Shown here: positions 29,501 to 42,313 of the stretch, in pieces
Layout of the letters: every line of letters starts with the position of its first letter
How positions within the stretch are numbered: position 1 is the stretch's first letter
Source of the DNA: Chrysomallon squamiferum
Taxonomy: Eukaryota; Animalia; Mollusca
DNA: 64,000 nucleotides
Assembly: GCA_012295275.1 (NCBI GenBank)
Contig: CM022670.1
Span: 30,194,001 to 30,258,000, forward strand
Reading direction: 5' to 3'
Made by a program: the position numbers and the translations under genes
The notes under the pieces: generated by a model
Databases searched by the model: none
Seen by the model: the letters and a program-made list of their open reading frames with translations, nothing else
What the model was told of the DNA's origin: nothing

Positions 29501-31310
29501 CACACATTCTAAAATTATACAATTATTTATAACATGAAACATCAGAATTCAAATATTTATACAACACCTGTTTCTTTTTGTTAAGACATGGAAATAAATA
29601 GTTTCTGAATAAATCAGCAAATAAGGAAAGAATGATACTTGAACTCTTAATCATGCATGACTTCCCTCGGTGTGAATCTAACACACATGAAATTCACATC
29701 AAGCAAAACACCTGTAAAGAAATATTTATTTTTTAATCTTCCTTGTTTAAAGTTATCATGACCAGCAACTTCACGTCACTTCTTTGTATTTGTCTCTTTA
29801 TTTTTACATCAAATCCTCACAAAAATATAAGAAATATAGAAAGAATAAAATTTAAAAAGAAATAAAACAATTTTTTTTTATTAATATTTAAAAAGAAATT
29901 CTTTAAAAAAAGGTTTGTGATGAAGAAAAACAGCCTTCAGTGAATATTAAATTTTCATTGCTATCAAGAAACTATTTGAAAATGCAGAATTATATTATAA
30001 ATATTGTTATTTATGTTTTATTATTATTTTTTTTTTACAAATTACAGCATATTTTTCTTTGAAAATTTTCCTAAAGAACAATAACAAAAAAAGAAATTTC
30101 TCTGCAAATGCCAGTTATAATATGCATCTATATTACTGTTTCCTTGATTTACTTAAATTCACTTTTTTCTTCTTTAATAATCATCACTTCCTTTAAATCT
30201 ACATATTTTGACATGTCATATTCCCTTTCTCTTTTTGTTTACCTGAATATTTAAAAATAATAATAATAATAATATATATATTTTTTTTTATCTCCATCCA
30301 CTTCTTATATATCATCCTACAGCTATTTCCTGGTTTAGCTAATTTATTCCCATTCCAGCAAGTGCCCCAGTGATGACCTGTTTATTAAAAGCCACATTTT
30401 GTGACATTATAATATTTCGTGTTTATAAGAAGGTAGTCAATAAAAAAATATCACCATTAAATGGCAGGGACAGGTCTGTTTCTTCATAAAATGATAATAA
30501 TAATAATTTTAAAACAACAATAATAAAAACAACAGCAACAACATTAACAATAACAGTAATAATAATAATAATGTCAATTACAATAATAATCTTTACTTGA
30601 CATTTAATAACAGTTAACTATGAACTGTAGGGAAAAAAAAGCATTGTTTGATATCATTAAACGATCATTATTTTATTCAAACTATTATCAGTATTATGAA
30701 TTCCTATTTACTTAACTTTCCTATAAATACTCACCATATCTTGTAAATTTTTCAAATTAATGTTACCTGAGAAATAACACAACTCATATGCCATCGTTAC
30801 CTGTTATGTAACACTGCAAAACAGCAAGATCTCAAAAGTCACACTGCTTCAAGGCAAATGAATAAACTGCATGATTAATGAGGGTGTGTTTAAGTAATAA
30901 AAGTTTTTACTGTTAGATGTTTCAAGATGTCATTATCACCAAACTGTAGACATTATTTGTAATGATGTTTGTATGAAAACAAAAATGTTATGGTTTGATA
31001 TAAAGTCTGAAAATGCAATATTGTAGACAAGTGTCTATAGGAGTCTGGCTGTTTTTATTTATTGTCATTTTTAATTTTATTATTATTTATTTATTTATTT
31101 ATTTATTTAGCATTAGGATAATATAACTGAGAATAAACTGCATGCTGCTTTACCATAAGCTACTGTTATTTATTAGCAACATGGTTTATTCTGAATATAC
31201 CTTCCCAGAAAACTGAAACCACAGCCTTTAACAAACCAGACATGTGACTGGAACATGAAACAGTCTAATTAATGCACCTAGGACATCTTTGAAATTACAA
31301 CAACAACAAA

Positions 31311-31312
<2 letters not shown>

Positions 31313-31366
<54 letters not shown>
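31313..31366. repeat. (AAT)n microsatellite
   Basis: Pure aat run. Confidence 0.95.
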
Positions 31367-32300
31367 TCCTCATAAAACATAAGTACCTGGATTTCACTCT
31401 TAAACATAATAATCATTGAGCTTTGTTTTGATATACCAGAATTAGAAGAAAAAAAAAACATCAAAGGAAAAAATGCTTGGAGGTTGTTGAGAAATGTGGC
31501 TGAAAATGTCCTGGTGAATAACAAAGGGTGAAATACAAACAGTTAATAGAAAAGCTGATAAAGACATGTGAAAGCTTGGATACCAGATGTCTCTGAAATT
31601 GGAAATGGGATTGCAACATGATGGGTGGAACTATCTGTGGGGGTTAGTAGCTCATATGTCTTTGAAAGCTGTTCATTTTTTGATTTGTTGCTGATTTATA
31701 TCTGCATAGTTGAATTTAATTAATAAATGCCATTAAAATCCATCAACACAGTGTTCTGTATATTTATCTTTGGTGTGAAAAATCATACAAATTTGTAAAA
31801 CATTCTAAAGGAAGTAGTGATATTTCTGTAATCACTACACTTTAACTAAATGTAATCAACACAACAATTGACATAACTAAGAACTTTGAAAATGTCTGTT
31901 ACTCATTCAAATGTTTTATTTTTTTAATTAAAAAACACTTTATGAGTCTGGTTATTAAAATATTGACATCCTTAGATATAATAATATTTATGGAAAGTTA
32001 AAACAATAAACAATAAAAAGAATGAAAGATAGCAGAAAAGAAAACAATGTTTGGTGCTTATGAATTTGACACAGATGCATATGGAAAAATAATTTGTTTA
32101 ACCACAAGCAGACACAACACACACAAAACAAGCTTTCACACCTTATTAAAAAATAACTAATGACATTTCTGGGCCAAAACAAATTCCAGTATGTCACACA
32201 TTTCAATCTGAGGATTAACACCATGGCTTTCATATATAGCTTTATCTAGTTCAGTGTCTTTGATGAATGTTTCATGTCTAACAAAATAAATCTAGTTAAC

Positions 32301-32663
32301 TTAGGTAAAATATCTCTTTTTTGGTTTCTGTGATAAAAGATTTAAGTTTAGCAAAGCAAATTCTGTTTTAATGAAGGTAGCAACTTTATTAAAATAACTA
32401 TTTTTTTGTGTCTGTGATGAAGGATTCAAGTCTAACAAAGGAAATTCTGTTTTAATAAAGGTAGCAACTTTATTAAAATACCTTTTTTTGTGTGTCTGTG
32501 ATGACTGATTGAAGTTTAACAAAGCAAATTCTGTTTTAACAAAAGTAGCAACTTTATTATAAAACCAAAAACCACAGTGACCCACAAATAAAGTTTGAAG
32601 AGAAAAATAAGTAATAAGATACATTATTAGCAAAAACCTTTGAGGATAAATGAACCTTGGCAT
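32301..32663 (-). CDS. Hypothetical 120-aa ORF: hydrophobic leader plus three 28-aa repeats
   Basis: ATG-to-stop ORF spanning the 84-bp repeat. Coding status is unproven. Confidence 0.25.
   Translation of the reverse strand: MPRFIYPQRFLLIMYLITYFSLQTLFVGHCGFWFYNKVATFVKTEFALLNFNQSSQTHKKRYFNKVATFIKTEFPLLDLNPSSQTQKNSYFNKVATFIKTEFALLNLNLLSQKPKKRYFT
32307..32558. repeat. 3 x 84-bp tandem repeat without indels
   Basis: Units 32307-32390, 32391-32474 and 32475-32558, each ending GTAGCAACTTTATT. Confidence 0.95.
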
Positions 32664-33200
32664 GTTTATCAGTCATGGCTGATGAGGTTTCAATGGTCAG
32701 TCACCATTTCTGTGTTGACCCATGACAGTTAAACAGTTGTAAAACTATTCAAGCCATTTCTACTTGACATCTTGCATGAACAAAAACTGGATCTATATCC
32801 AGGAGTAGGCAGACAGGTAAAAATATTAATAAAAATGAACACATTTGTTGATTTTATTAATCCAATCATGAGACAATGGTATCACAAATATTAGAATCAA
32901 TTACACTGATTTTTTTTTTTTTTTACATATGTCATATCTTGGTTAATCTTAAATGACATCAAAATACTCTTAGAAGTTTACGGTCCACATTCAATCAAAA
33001 CTTTCATTATATGGAGCCTACAACAGGCTCCTGAAAGCTTTAAACTTTATACTTTTTTGTTGACAATACCTTCATCACCATATTAAGGTACCTATTACAC
33101 TATTAGTTATAATAACCACACTGATGCTGATGTCTTGTTTCTTAATGATTGTTTAACTATTTGTCTTTATGTTCTCTGTGTGTTGGGGATTCCTCTATAG

Positions 33201-33491
33201 CACTGGTTTTCAACCTTTTTCATACCGCAACCTCTTATGATAAACTCATTATGACCGATGACCCCTTCAAAAATTTTGATTCTATAATATCTAGGGTTAC
33301 CATATTTTCATCAATCAAAGACAGTACAAAAGGAATCTATATTCACTACGATTGGTCCCAAACCTATCTACACATTTTTATTTATTCCTCCTTACAAGTC
33401 AAGCTGACAAAATCTAAAACATGCCCTTACTCAAGAACGATCCCATGACCTCCAGAAAAAAGGCTGGTGACCCTCAGGTTGAAAACCTATG
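33201..33491. mobile_element. 291-bp hAT MITE
   Basis: TIRs CACTGGTTTTCAACCT / AGGTTGAAAACCTATG. Exact 8-bp TSD CTCTATAG at 33193-33200 and 33492-33499. Confidence 0.92.
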
Positions 33492-35529
33492 CTCTATAGC
33501 TATCTACATTTCATTCAGCATGAATGATTGTTTTTATAATTAACATGCCAAACAAAAGATTTCAGTATATGTATTTCCTTTACCAGAAGAAAACTGTATT
33601 TTAATCTTCTCCTAAATAAAATGTATTGTAAATTTATTCAATATTTCTCTTAAAAAGAAAACCATTAATATACTTTTGTAAAATGTGAATTTATAAATGT
33701 TTTGCAGGTTTTTTCCAAATCCTGAAATGAAATTAAGCCTTACTGTCATTTTATATATCACTAATCTTTTTTTTAATTATATACAAACAAGATAATGAAC
33801 ATAATGGTATTGTTTAGAAAAATTTATTACAAATATTTTTTTAAAATAAACCCACAATTTTACTTTTATTATCTGAAATTCATTTACATGAAAGATAACA
33901 AAAAGAAAAATATTTCTGAAACTTCATTTATCAAATTAATTTTTATGTCTGGAATGAAGTTTATTTTATTTATTTTTTTATTATTATTGTCTTTTATTAT
34001 GTCATGGGACCTAACTCCATAGACAAATAATATCCCTGGTCTGTTTTAATAGGTATAAAAATCAATCATATTTTTAGAATTTAATTGTCATTTGTTTAAA
34101 GCAATACTATACATCATCTGATAAATAAATTTACCATGATCAATAAACCACAATTAATAGTTTTATTTACCATAGTCCTATCTTACATCAGCATAGAGTT
34201 TATATATCTTGTTAGTTATTAGCAACAACAGTGTCATATTATCAATTGTTGTGTCATAGTATCAATAGTAAAGCTATAAAACCAGACAGTTTCTGCTTAA
34301 AATAAATTAAAACATCATTCAAGATGACTGATGCTGGTTTTATTTCAAATATAGTATTATAAGACATGAGTTCTGGCTCATTGACATTTTCCTTATTTAA
34401 AATACAGCTTCAGTAGACATATGGAAATAATTTAACAGCAGGCATTATTCAATAGTGTTAAAAGAATGCCCATCAAGAATGAAAACAAATAATAATTTCA
34501 GCTATGCAGGTAATATTGCAAGTCAGTGCACACAATGCATCCTGCCCAGTGTTTCCTCATGGAGTGTTTTTCTTAACTTCTTATTAAATTATTCACAATA
34601 GAGCATAAATGAATATTAAAAACTCATCACAATGCTGCAGAGTTATTTATAGCTTATAGAAGGAATCATATCTGCCCACCAAACTGCAGTCCTACAGCAG
34701 TGGTTACCTGTAATAAAAGATCACCTGGTGAATGGCTCTGACACTGATACATCATTTTCAACTTTGTCTTTTGAAAAGAATGCACATGAGTTTCTATCTC
34801 TTCAACTCATCAGCCTAGTGCTTTGTGGATTATAATTTGATAGTAAAACTGTCACTAAAATCTACATTTGTCACACAACTAAACTTAACAAATGTCTGTC
34901 TACATATATTATTTGAACATACTTCCTCATTGTGCTCAATAGGTAAACAAATTAATGCTAATGTTCTGATATTCAGTGATACTCTCCACATACTGCCAAA
35001 TGCAGAGATATGCACAGTCTCCATTATTTTCTATTTCAGTAATAAATCAATTAAACATATCAGAATATTAATAATTCTTTTTTAATATATATATATAATA
35101 TATATATTATAACACAATACACTATATATTTGTGATTGTATAGTGTCATAAATATGGTTAACAAAAAAGCTAATGTTCTGCTATATAGAACAAGCCATCT
35201 GCCGCCATATGATAAGCTATTCTTTTTCTATTAGCAGTACATATGACAACACATACTAGAGACACTGCTAAACCACTGGATGGAATGGAAGTATGCAGTA
35301 CTGATTTTTTGAGTTATCACTAATACCAGGAACAAAAGCCTGGGTTCTCTGAACACAGAGCTACAGCCCTTCCCTGTAGTTAAAAAAACAAAAAACAAAC
35401 AAAACAAGAAGATGAAAAAGAAGATGAAAGAAGGTTCAAATAGTGGATGAGAATGACAAGCTCTGTAAGATGACACTCTTAAATTTGTGTTTATTACAGG
35501 TAACTGAAAACGTCTGCTGTGCCACAATA

Positions 35530-36839
35530 CCGGGTAAGGTGGGGTAATTCTGGCCCCCCCAGGTATATTATGACTTGCAGCCGCTATACTGTTCTGTCCA
35601 GATTCCTGGAACATTGTTGATATAAATAAAACCTTCCTATCACACATTAGAACATAGGATGTAGGTAATCAGCCATTTAGTGATTTACATGTGAAGTAAT
35701 GAAAACAACATGGTTGTAAAAAAAAAGTACATTTTGAGGTTTCAAAAGTGAGTGTTATTTTTTTAGTCCTATAGGCATAAGGTTGTGATAACTGCATATA
35801 ATCAATTATTAAGTTCAGCAGAAGAAACTTGATTGATATGTGGTAATTAGGAAAGAAATATGTGCACAATTCTAGCCCTCATGGATGGGGTAAATCTGGC
35901 CCTCATATTTGGTGGTGAAATCAATAGTTTTGGCATTGATATAGTCCATTTTTAGTTTTATTTACATTTTTTTAAACAATTGAAAGTCCACAGTCCATCT
36001 GATGGGGCATGTAGTCAACCTTCAAATAAAATCAAGAGGATAGGGTATGCTGAGGCACTGACAGAAGAAGAAAGTGTCAAGAGGTATGATTACGAGTTGG
36101 CAGAGAAGAACAAGGACGAAGAAAAGGCAAAGAAAACAAAGGTGAGAGAGGCAAAACTACAAAAAAAACAGAAGAAGACACCAAAGTCAAAATGGCAGTT
36201 CAATTTGAATGCTACAGCAGAACCAGTGGATGCTGTCAAAGAAAACGTTGATGGTGATGAGCCTGAACTAGAAGACAGAGATGTAGTAGATATACAAGAA
36301 AAATGTGAACTCTGTGGCAGAGTTGATGATGGAATGAATTCTGATGAGTTCAGAGGATGTGACAGGTGCCCAAATTGGTATTGTCATGATCCTTGCACAA
36401 ACCTCAAAATCCTAGCTGGTGCAGACTTGAAAGATAATGTATTCTTGTGTCATATTTGTCAAGGAGTTTAGTTTATTGAAGTTTTGAATCTGACTTGTAT
36501 TATGATTAGGACTAATTATTATTAGTAGTAAACAATAATTACTTAGCAATAATCAGTAAAAATCTGAGGACCAAAATACATCTTGATTCTAAATATACCT
36601 TCCCAGAAAAATGAAACCTCAGCCTTTAACAAACCAGACATGTGATATTAACTGGAACATGAAACATGGCCCCTGACAACCATTTTAACCTGGTTCCCAC
36701 TTCAAAAGTATAAGCACTAAGTGTTTGTGTATTTTGAAGCAGAAATAGATATACTACACATTATTCACTCCATTTTGTTGTTTTCTTTTGTCTGTGAAAC
36801 TGTAGGTGAGATGGGGGCAGAATTACCCCCACCTTACCC
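35530..36839 (+). mobile_element. TA-flanked pogo/Fot1-like non-autonomous DNA transposon (~1.3 kb)
   Basis: TA|CCGGGTAAGGTGGGGTAATTCTGGCCCC ... GGGGCAGAATTACCCCCACCTTACCC|TA, with an internal copy of the motif near 35885. Family assignment is inferred from the TA ends and the C-terminal PHD ORF. Confidence 0.82.
35980..36471 (+). pseudogene. Transposase C-terminal fragment: charged coiled-coil plus PHD-type zinc finger
   Basis: AEALTEEESV followed by a K/E-rich helix, an acidic linker, and CELC..GCDRCPNWYCHDPC..FLCHIC (C4HC3 pattern). No DDE domain and no genuine ATG start. Confidence 0.75.
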
Positions 36840-38990
36840 TATCACTATGCACCACTGAAATTTTCTTAATGGTAACAGAAAAATCCATCAGTCCTACTTA
36901 CATAATATTCAGATAAGGAAGTAATACAGCCTTGTTGTACTAAGAATTTACCATCAAGCACTGTATCAAACCTGATTAATAACCCACAGGAAAGGTTCAT
37001 GAAAACAATAGAGTAAAATTAATAAAAGTCTATTTTTAATTGTTATATAATTAAGTTTGAAATATAACAATGACATACTTTATTTACTTGTATAAAATAA
37101 CTTTTTTTTTTTTTCTCAACTGCCTTATCTCTGTATTTATAATATTAACTTTCAAAAAAGTGATAATGCTTTCAATATTTATTAAAATTCCAACACAAAT
37201 TTGCAAGAATATTACTTTCGAATCTAATTGGCAGTTTTGAATGAAACTGGTAATTTGAAAATCTAACCTCTATGGCTTAAACCCTGAGAAAATTTTAAAC
37301 TGTTTGTGTTATACCAGGAGATGATATTCAGTTTCTGATGTCATATCATGATATTTACACCTGCACAATAACTGCCAGGAAAAATGTGTACAACATTCCA
37401 AAGGTTCCAAGAGACAAAAACATGGACATAAAACTCAGTTTCTGTTCCAGTCATGTCAGTTTTGTGGACCAATAGTGAATAGATTTGTTGTTATATACAT
37501 GATTCTAACAAGGAAATACAGGCTTATTTTACAACATGAAGCATCTATTAACATTGCTTTTTATTTAATAGTTTTACAACAAATGAACTTTTGTACTAAA
37601 ATGAAAGTATGTATAACACATCCTTATATTTAATAATTATTAAAGACTACTATTTTTAATGTAGATACATAATTATGAAGACAAGAAATTTAAAAAAAAG
37701 AGGGAAAGAAGAAAGAAACAAAGAGAAAATCATTTAGTCTAAAAACATTCTGATATTCACAAGTAACTTTAAAAAAAAAAAGAATAATAAAAAATATAGA
37801 TTTCTTAATAGGTTTTAAACAGGAATACTTAAAGATATATTTCAAACATTTTTTATTAATATTTTAATATGCTTTTATAAATCTTTGATTTATTATACTT
37901 TTAAATAAAAAAATAATAATTTCTTTTAAATCATACTTTATTATTATTATTATTATTATTCTCAATCATCTAACTTTTTAAAAACCTTTCAACATTCCAT
38001 AAACCCATGGAAATAAAAGAAAATGGTAGGTGATATCATTTGAGCCATACAGAAAGGAGAACAACTTGGTTTCTAGGAGGCTGTTTTGTTGGGGTTTTTT
38101 GTTGTTTATTCTCTTTCATTCTTATAATTAAATAAACAACAGCACTGTATTTTTTATTTATTTTTGTTAGTTATCAGTTAAAATACTGATTGATATTTTG
38201 CAAGCTAATCAATTAAAATTCAATAACAAAAAATAAATAAATAAATATAATTAAAATAAAATAAACCAGGAAATGAAATGAGTTACTTTTTCCCATTATT
38301 CATTTATTTTATGATTTGGTAGTTTAATAAATTTGCTCTTCAATCTTTTTAATTAACTTTCTTATTTTATTTATCATTTTTTGATTTCTTTATTTATTTC
38401 AACAAATAATAATAATAATAATAGTAATAATAATAAATTATAATATATTAAATAAATGATATAAATGTGATAATGTTATACACAGATTACATTAATGGAT
38501 TATGACAAATAAAACATTTTTAAAATTTAAATATCTAAAAGAAACAAATGAATGGACTCCCAGCAGCCATTTTCCTCATTCATATTTTCATTACACAGAA
38601 ATACACATTCTGACACAGTAATTATTAAATGGCTGTCATAATTATATTCTGTGTGTCCATCAATGTTTAAGACTACCTTTCAATTAGAGATAAATTAAAG
38701 TTTGTGAAGAACATTTTATAATGCATTTTAACTCCTTCTAACATGTCTGCAGTGACTAGAATTTGTAAATGAAAAATACAAAATAAATCTATAGTCTATC
38801 CCACTGAAAAATGCCACAAATATCAACTTTAAATGATATTTCAAATAGATTTTATCCATTATTTTCAATTTTTAAAAAATATTTAATGCATAAATAAACA
38901 TTTCACATTATGTTCACTGTTTAGTGTAATATTTCCTATTAGCTTTGTTAAGGCAAGAATACTTTCATCTTGTTATTATAGGCCTAACCA

Positions 38991-39054
38991 TAGGAATTAA
39001 AATATAATAAGCAATGGTAGGAATTAAAATATAATAAGCAATGGTAGCAATTAA
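38991..39054. repeat. 27-bp tandem duplication (about 2.3 units)
   Basis: TAGGAATTAAAATATAATAAGCAATGG twice plus a partial unit. Confidence 0.9.
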
Positions 39055-39512
39055 GGTCAAAATAAACAGTTAAAACATATTGTAGACAAAGTCAGTTTCC
39101 AGTGTTAATTTGTAAAATACGATCTCAAATCAATAAGTAAATGTTACCAAAAGTGTTTTCTCATTTCACTTACATGTGACACCATTTATATTTTGATAAT
39201 AGCAATGCTGCAGGATTTTTTTTTTTTTTTTAAATAACTCACTCAGTTTAATAGATCTTTTTCTGTTCTTGGTACTTTTTTTCAAAATTATTTTTTTATT
39301 TCTTTTTTTTTAATTACAATCAGTTCTATGTATAAATGGGAGCTTAGATATACCTCTCTAATGTTGTTATTTCATGCTTTATTATCAACAAACGTTGGTA
39401 TGAAAAACACAGAGAGCTGCACAAAAGTTCTAAGGGTATTCTGAAAGATGTTTACATATATCTTATACACACAAAAGCAAACAAACCCCATAGGGTTCTC
39501 AAATAGACAATT

Positions 39513-39513
<1 letters not shown>

Positions 39514-39568
<55 letters not shown>
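39514..39568. repeat. (GA)n microsatellite
   Basis: Pure ga run. Confidence 0.95.
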
Positions 39569-39572
<4 letters not shown>

Positions 39573-40293
39573 CAAACATGAGAATAAGACAAACAACCAC
39601 AAAAAACATAAAATTTACATAAATATTATAATAAAGTCTTATCACTACAATTGCTGCTAATACTAAATTATTATTATTTTTCATGAAGTATTTTAACAAG
39701 TTAAATGTAAAGATGTATCAAATCTGGTTCAGAAATGATAGAGAGACATTAGCCAACATTTTGTTTTTAAAAATGAAACTGCAAACTCTGTAAACCATTT
39801 TTGCATTTGATAATACTAACAAATATGATGTGCTAAGATACTTAGTTGTAAGTATATAATAAAATAATAATAAAAACAAATAATATAAAATCTAAAACAA
39901 CATTTTTGCACATGATAATGTTTAAAATGTGATCTGCCAACATAAGGAGCTATAAGTATACAAGAAGTTCAATATCTTTGTTTGACTGGTGTGCCATTTG
40001 CAAATCAGACCAAACATTGGCCACCTAAAAGGAACAGTTTGATTTGATCAAGCATTACAATGTTATTATCATCTGTTGTTATTTGTCATGTTCTGTTTAT
40101 CTTGGTCTATGCAAAAAAATACCTTTGTTCTTATTGAGCTGCCCAAGCATCATCTGGGATGTATGATAATCTCTGCAACACAACCTTGAAATATACAAAA
40201 ATATCTTCAAGTGCTTTTTGACAACATCAAACATTCCAGATAGAGGAAGCCTGATGTAGTCCTATGGTTGTAGAAAAAAAAAGCACTGGAAAA

Positions 40294-41810
40294 TAGTCCG
40301 GTAGCCAAACCCCAGATTTTTGGAGAACCTTGCAATACAGTCCGTACAAATTTTTTTTGCTGTTTCTATACCTCTGAGATGTGCTCTTTAAGAATCTGAA
40401 TGATGCCACTCTGTCATCCTTGGGCAATCCGCACAATATGCAAATTAAGGCCACCATTACTGAAAATCTTGTTTTCGTCAACATCTCAGTAACGATGCAT
40501 GGCATCAAAATAATTTTGGTGTCTATCCCCATGTTTTGAGGGGTAAAGAATCAGATTAAGCCATTTCAGTCAAGATCACACCAATATTTTGTGCTGAATA
40601 GGCATATTAAGGCCGCCATTACTGAAAATCTCGTTTTCATCAATATCTTAGTAACTACACATGGTATCAAAATAATTTTGGTGTCTATACACATATTTTT
40701 AGGGGTAAAGAATCAGATTAAACCATTACAGTATTGATCACGCCAATATTTTCTGCAAAATATGCACAAATCAACTTCAGTGTATATCCGCGTCATTACA
40801 GAACATCCCCTTTACTTATGCTGATGCATGTTGCCATTACTGATTTGACTCAGTCCTCAAACAAGTCACTTTCAACAACATTGTCACAGTCATCAACCCG
40901 TCTTCATCATGATGGTCTTCGTGCGGGTGGAACGAGAGGCAGACTGGCCACTCCACCTCTGGGCAGTAGAGCAAATGATGCCATACTTTTTTGCCTCTGC
41001 TCACTTCAACTACTCGAGATACAGGTTGTACTACCTGAGTACAATGAAGCGTCTCCCACCTGAAGTCCTTCAGAGCTTCATGAGAGGTGAACACACCATG
41101 CATTACAAGCCGGTACTCTGGAATGGGATCTGGTCCAACATGTGGATAGAGACAACCTTCATACGTTATGGGCATGGTCCAAATGGAATCATAGGCATAA
41201 CCCTGAAGCCCGAAACCCTAAAACGATGGGCATACAGTATGCACACCTGCAGCATGATCGTTCAAGATATCGCGGACATGTCCGATGACAGTGGAGAGAG
41301 GGAGGTGACGAGTCATAAAGAAGAGAAGCCATCACGCATCACTTCGGATGCCAAGGACAGGGACAAGATACGAGATAAACTTCTGACTTGCATCGATCCC
41401 CTGGATCCAACTGGTCATCCCGCTGGTTTGATCAATGTCGTTACTGGTCGGATTGCACCTGAAACGGTAAACGCACATGACGCAGTGGATATTGGGTCAA
41501 CTTGGGTCATTTGAAAAGAGCTGGCCTGGTGGATTTAATGCATCCTTATCCAAGTTGGTGGTGACCATGGCAGTGAAGAGAAAGGCGGTAAGGATTGGGA
41601 ACAATAATGTGTATGACACGAATCTCATCTACTCGCAGATACTAGGGTTGCAACAGTCTCGAGACATTGATATCAAAACTGTCCTTGCGCGTGAACTGTC
41701 ACCCGTGCCTATCTCAATGTTTGATGATGAAGGCAAAATGAGAATCACAACTACGAAATCAACGCTGAAGAAGAATCTGCAGGTGACTGTGTCTCAGCAT
41801 TTGGTTGAGA
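40294..41810. mobile_element. Academ (AcademX-like) DNA transposon fragment
   Basis: Terminus TAGTCCGGTAGCCAAACC, two 162-bp subterminal tandem units (starting 40445 and 40607), and a transposase fragment. The second terminus is absent. Confidence 0.75.
40890..41810 (+). pseudogene. Academ-type transposase fragment (frameshift near 41500)
   Basis: Motifs RVEREADWPLHL, MMPYFFASAHFNYSRY, WNGIWSNMWIETTFIRYGHG, ELSPVPISMFDDEGKMR and KSTLKKNLQV, recognised from memory as Academ-like. Confidence 0.8.
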
Positions 41811-41920
41811 TTTTAGAGGTAGAAATACTGCAGCTCGAGCTGGTGACGAAGCAAGCCAACAACACAAACTGCAGTTACATACTCCAGAAGGTTGTCCTTA
41901 CAGTAACTGAGAATAATAAT

Positions 41921-42313
41921 ATATAGCATCACTCAACCACTTGATTTTGCTTAACAAAGTACAGTATTATATCAGAGTTCAATATTACACATACACATAC
42001 ATATACCCACAAATACAAATATATATATATATATATATAAATATACATATGTACATAAACACACACACATATATGTATGCTTTGACACATAGATAAATGA
42101 GTACATACATACATACACAGTCAATGAATGATATTCTGGAGAATATTTTAACTGGTATGCATATTTACATTAGGTACATCTGTATGAACGTGTATGTATG
42201 TATGAATATATCTTATGTATGTGTGTGTATTGTATGTGTATATGTGTAATATTAAACTCTGATATAATGCTGTACTTTGTTAAGCAAAACCATGTGGCTG
42301 AGTGATGCTATAT
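41921..42313. repeat. Inverted repeat with ~80-bp arms
   Basis: 41921-42001 (ATATAGCATCACTCAACCAC..TTTTGCTTAACAAAGTACAG..) is the reverse complement of ~42231-42313, with a few mismatches. Confidence 0.88.

Noticed and set aside
32307-32558. 84-bp repeats as a CRISPR array
   Set aside because: Units are homologous along their whole length with no unique spacers, there are no cas genes, and the context is eukaryotic.
39372-39699. ER/SL-repeat ORFs (also 52105-52529)
   Set aside because: Artefacts of (GA)n microsatellites.
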